A stretch of DNA of 32,000 nucleotides. It comes from Planctopirus limnophila DSM 3776 (GTDB lineage Bacteria > Planctomycetota > Planctomycetia > Planctomycetales > Planctomycetaceae). A program made the position numbers and the translations under genes. This document shows positions 29,938-32,000 of this stretch, one piece after another. The notes below the pieces were generated by a model. That model saw only the letters and a program-made list of their open reading frames with translations, searched no databases and had not been told where the DNA came from. The stretch spans positions 3,960,001 to 3,992,000 of the forward strand of contig NC_014148.1 of NCBI RefSeq assembly GCF_000092105.1, in the 5' to 3' direction. Position 1 is the stretch's first letter. Every line of letters starts with the position of its first letter.

Positions 29938-32000
29938 CTACAACAACCGGATTCGCTGACCGCTCCGCAGTTGCTGCAGCAGGCGTTCGCGAATCTCTTC
30001 GACCAGGGCGTCGACGTCGGCTTCCGATTTGATTTCCCGGTTGTGCAACGAAAGATCGACCGGGACGATCATCGGCTTCGATCCTCCGCTGAGATACTCA
30101 TCCAGCAGCCTGTTCGCCTGCTCCTCGGCGGCCTGCAGCCGGACGGTGAACGGATCCTTGAGATCCCGCAGCGCCGGGGCGATGGCCGCCGCGGTGGTGT
30201 CGCTACATGAGTTGTTGATGGGCCGAAGGACGTTGTGTCCTTTCTCTGAGGGGAGCGTACTGTAGCCATCCCGCATCCGGATACGGGCCCGCGCCTGTTC
30301 AGCCTGTTGCTCCTGCCATTCCAATAGACGAGTCCGTTCCTCGCGGTAGGCCTGACAGACCACATCGAGATCCGGTTGAATCGCCAGGGCATCCACCCAC
30401 GGACGCGACGAAGCGAGTTGTTCGGCAATCCGCTCGGCGCATTCCTGGGCGGGGCCGGTCAGCGTACCGAGTTCGCGCAACTGGGCGGCCTGATTCGTGG
30501 CGACGTTGTGGGCATCGCGAAGCAGGCGCAGCGAGTCTTCGGTCAGTTCGGCCCCAAAGCGTTTAAGCAGCTTGACACCGTCGACCAGATCGTCGAGATG
30601 CTTCTTCACCCGCTTGAGGGTTTCCTTTGTGTTACGGATTTTGGAAAGGCACTGTTCCAGAGCAGAATTGAGTCGGGTGAGTTCCGTCGGGGTCTCCCGA
30701 TTGCCGGGCACGCGGTCAAACCGCACCAGGACGTCGCGCAGATCGGACGCGAGCGGATGAAACTTCTTCTCCACGGCATCGGCGATCGCGTTGTCTTCAC
30801 GATCGAGCGGCGTGCCGAGTTGCTCATCAAAGAACTTGCAGATCCGAGCCCGTGCCCGCACACCGATGTCGTCGTCTCCCACCGGGATGAACTGAGCCTT
30901 GCGAAAGGCGGTAGGCTTCTCGAAGACGTCTCGCACGCCGGCATCGCGAACCGCGGTGATTTCGTTCCCTTCGCCATCTTCGATTTTAATTTTGCTGCCA
31001 CGCAGCAGCCCTATGACGCAGGCTTTAATGACTTCGGCCTGGTAGGCATAAGGCGGGCCAGCGAACTTCGAGAGGAGATGAGCACCGGTGGCACCGTCTT
31101 CGGATTCGATCAGTTCGCGAATGCGCGTGGGGATCAGGCCGCTGCAGGTGGGGACGTATTTGCCGGCATCGAGTTCCAGAATGCCGAGTTCATCCTTGAG
31201 AAACCGTGTCGACGGACCGCTGAGTTCCTGAATCAGCAACTGATCCAGTTCCGATGGCTGGAGGGTGATCGGATCAAATTCCTTGTACAGGATCGGCATG
31301 ACTCGTTCAGCGACCTTCAGCAGTGCGCCGGCAAACTTGCTGCCGAAGTCGTCCGGCTTGTAAGTCTTGCCCCGGAAGTAGATGGTACCGGCCAGCCAGG
31401 CGGACTCCACAATGTCCTGGATGTCCGATTCCAGCGTTTCGGATTTGACCTCTTCCTGCTGCAGGAGCAGTTTTCGCTGCTCACTGAGGGAATCGCGGCG
31501 GGGAGCATATCGCTTGGCCATTCCTCGGGCGCGGGCCAACGCACGCGCCCGATCGGTCAGGTCGTTAGTGTCGCCGCACACCCAGATCAGGCGGTCGTGA
31601 AGATTCACTTCGTTGCTGCGTTCAATCCAAACCGATTCTGATCGTTCATCGGGCTGGGCGAAACGGAAGTCGACACAGACGACGGCTTCGTCCTTGGCAC
31701 GCACCAGCTTGTCGTCATCCATGCCCTTGCCATCAGAGAAGAGAGCGGCCCAGGGAAATGGCCGTTTTTTGAAGGCGGGCTTTTCCGGTTTCTCCATCAC
31801 CATCTGCAAGGCATCGCGAATGATTTCACTGATGACTTCACGGGAAGCGCGAATCTCACGTTTCTCGCGTTCCCACTCCTCACCAGCCGTCGATTGGATG
31901 CGGTAGCCCAGCTTTTCGGAGAAGGCAAGAAGGTTATCACGACGGAGTTCTTCGAGCGCTTCTGTGACTTCGTTGACCTGATTGCCGCGATCCATGCGAT
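29938..32000 (-). CDS. brxC: BREX BrxC/PglY, C-terminal ~687 aa only (N-terminal P-loop part lies outside the window)
   Basis: The frame stays open through the window edge: the codon upstream of Met 31995 is CGC, not a stop. The gene lies directly upstream of pglX with an 11-nt gap. The long helical sequence includes 'SKFAGPPYAYQAEVIKACVIGLLRGSKIKIEDGEG', resembling the BrxC 'PYGW...ARL..G.I' C-terminal region. The assignment rests mainly on position plus this similarity. Confidence 0.72.
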   Translation of the reverse strand, partial: RMDRGNQVNEVTEALEELRRDNLLAFSEKLGYRIQSTAGEEWEREKREIRASREVISEIIRDALQMVMEKPEKPAFKKRPFPWAALFSDGKGMDDDKLVRAKDEAVVCVDFRFAQPDERSESVWIERSNEVNLHDRLIWVCGDTNDLTDRARALARARGMAKRYAPRRDSLSEQRKLLLQQEEVKSETLESDIQDIVESAWLAGTIYFRGKTYKPDDFGSKFAGALLKVAERVMPILYKEFDPITLQPSELDQLLIQELSGPSTRFLKDELGILELDAGKYVPTCSGLIPTRIRELIESEDGATGAHLLSKFAGPPYAYQAEVIKACVIGLLRGSKIKIEDGEGNEITAVRDAGVRDVFEKPTAFRKAQFIPVGDDDIGVRARARICKFFDEQLGTPLDREDNAIADAVEKKFHPLASDLRDVLVRFDRVPGNRETPTELTRLNSALEQCLSKIRNTKETLKRVKKHLDDLVDGVKLLKRFGAELTEDSLRLLRDAHNVATNQAAQLRELGTLTGPAQECAERIAEQLASSRPWVDALAIQPDLDVVCQAYREERTRLLEWQEQQAEQARARIRMRDGYSTLPSEKGHNVLRPINNSCSDTTAAAIAPALRDLKDPFTVRLQAAEEQANRLLDEYLSGGSKPMIVPVDLSLHNREIKSEADVDALVEEIRERLLQQLRSGQRIRLL

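Overview
By eye this is a conflict/competition island from a Planctomycetota-like chromosome. That origin is an inference from GYF_2 membrane proteins, a prepilin/DUF1559-like gene remnant and pyrimidine-rich, SD-poor leaders. No rRNA, tRNA or CRISPR array was recognised by eye. Contents from left to right:
(1) A partial SAM-dependent methyltransferase (minus strand), missing from the ORF track because its stop lies outside the window.
(2) An HTH-WYL regulator (minus strand).
(3) A plus-strand block: a glycosyltransferase-like/TupA-type ATP-grasp fusion, a second GT-A-like gene and a small Cys-rich protein.
(4) A ~2000-aa Rhs/YD-repeat polymorphic toxin. Its 3' tip is visibly AT-richer and encodes an unassigned Cys/His toxin domain. 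A lipoprotein (putative immunity) gene overlaps its stop by ATGA.
(5) Two tandem, strongly diverged paralogs of an uncharacterised Cys-rich ~223-aa protein. Each is preceded by a 115-nt C-rich element (~82% identical, exactly 1014 bp apart) ending in a GC hairpin plus T-tract.
(6) A dead IS5-family fragment.
(7) Three tandem genes sharing an N-terminal GYF_2 module but with unrelated membrane parts. A canonical intrinsic terminator sits 16 nt upstream of the first start codon.
(8) A degraded IS5-family element.
(9) The 3' part of a BREX operon running off the right edge: brxC (partial)-pglX-pglZ-brxD-brxHI, a type 6-like gene order.
The candidates most worth follow-up are the IS-bracketed GYF_2 triplet directly downstream of BREX, the paralog/C-rich-element cassette downstream of Rhs, the Rhs toxin tip with its lipoprotein partner, and the rare BREX subtype itself.
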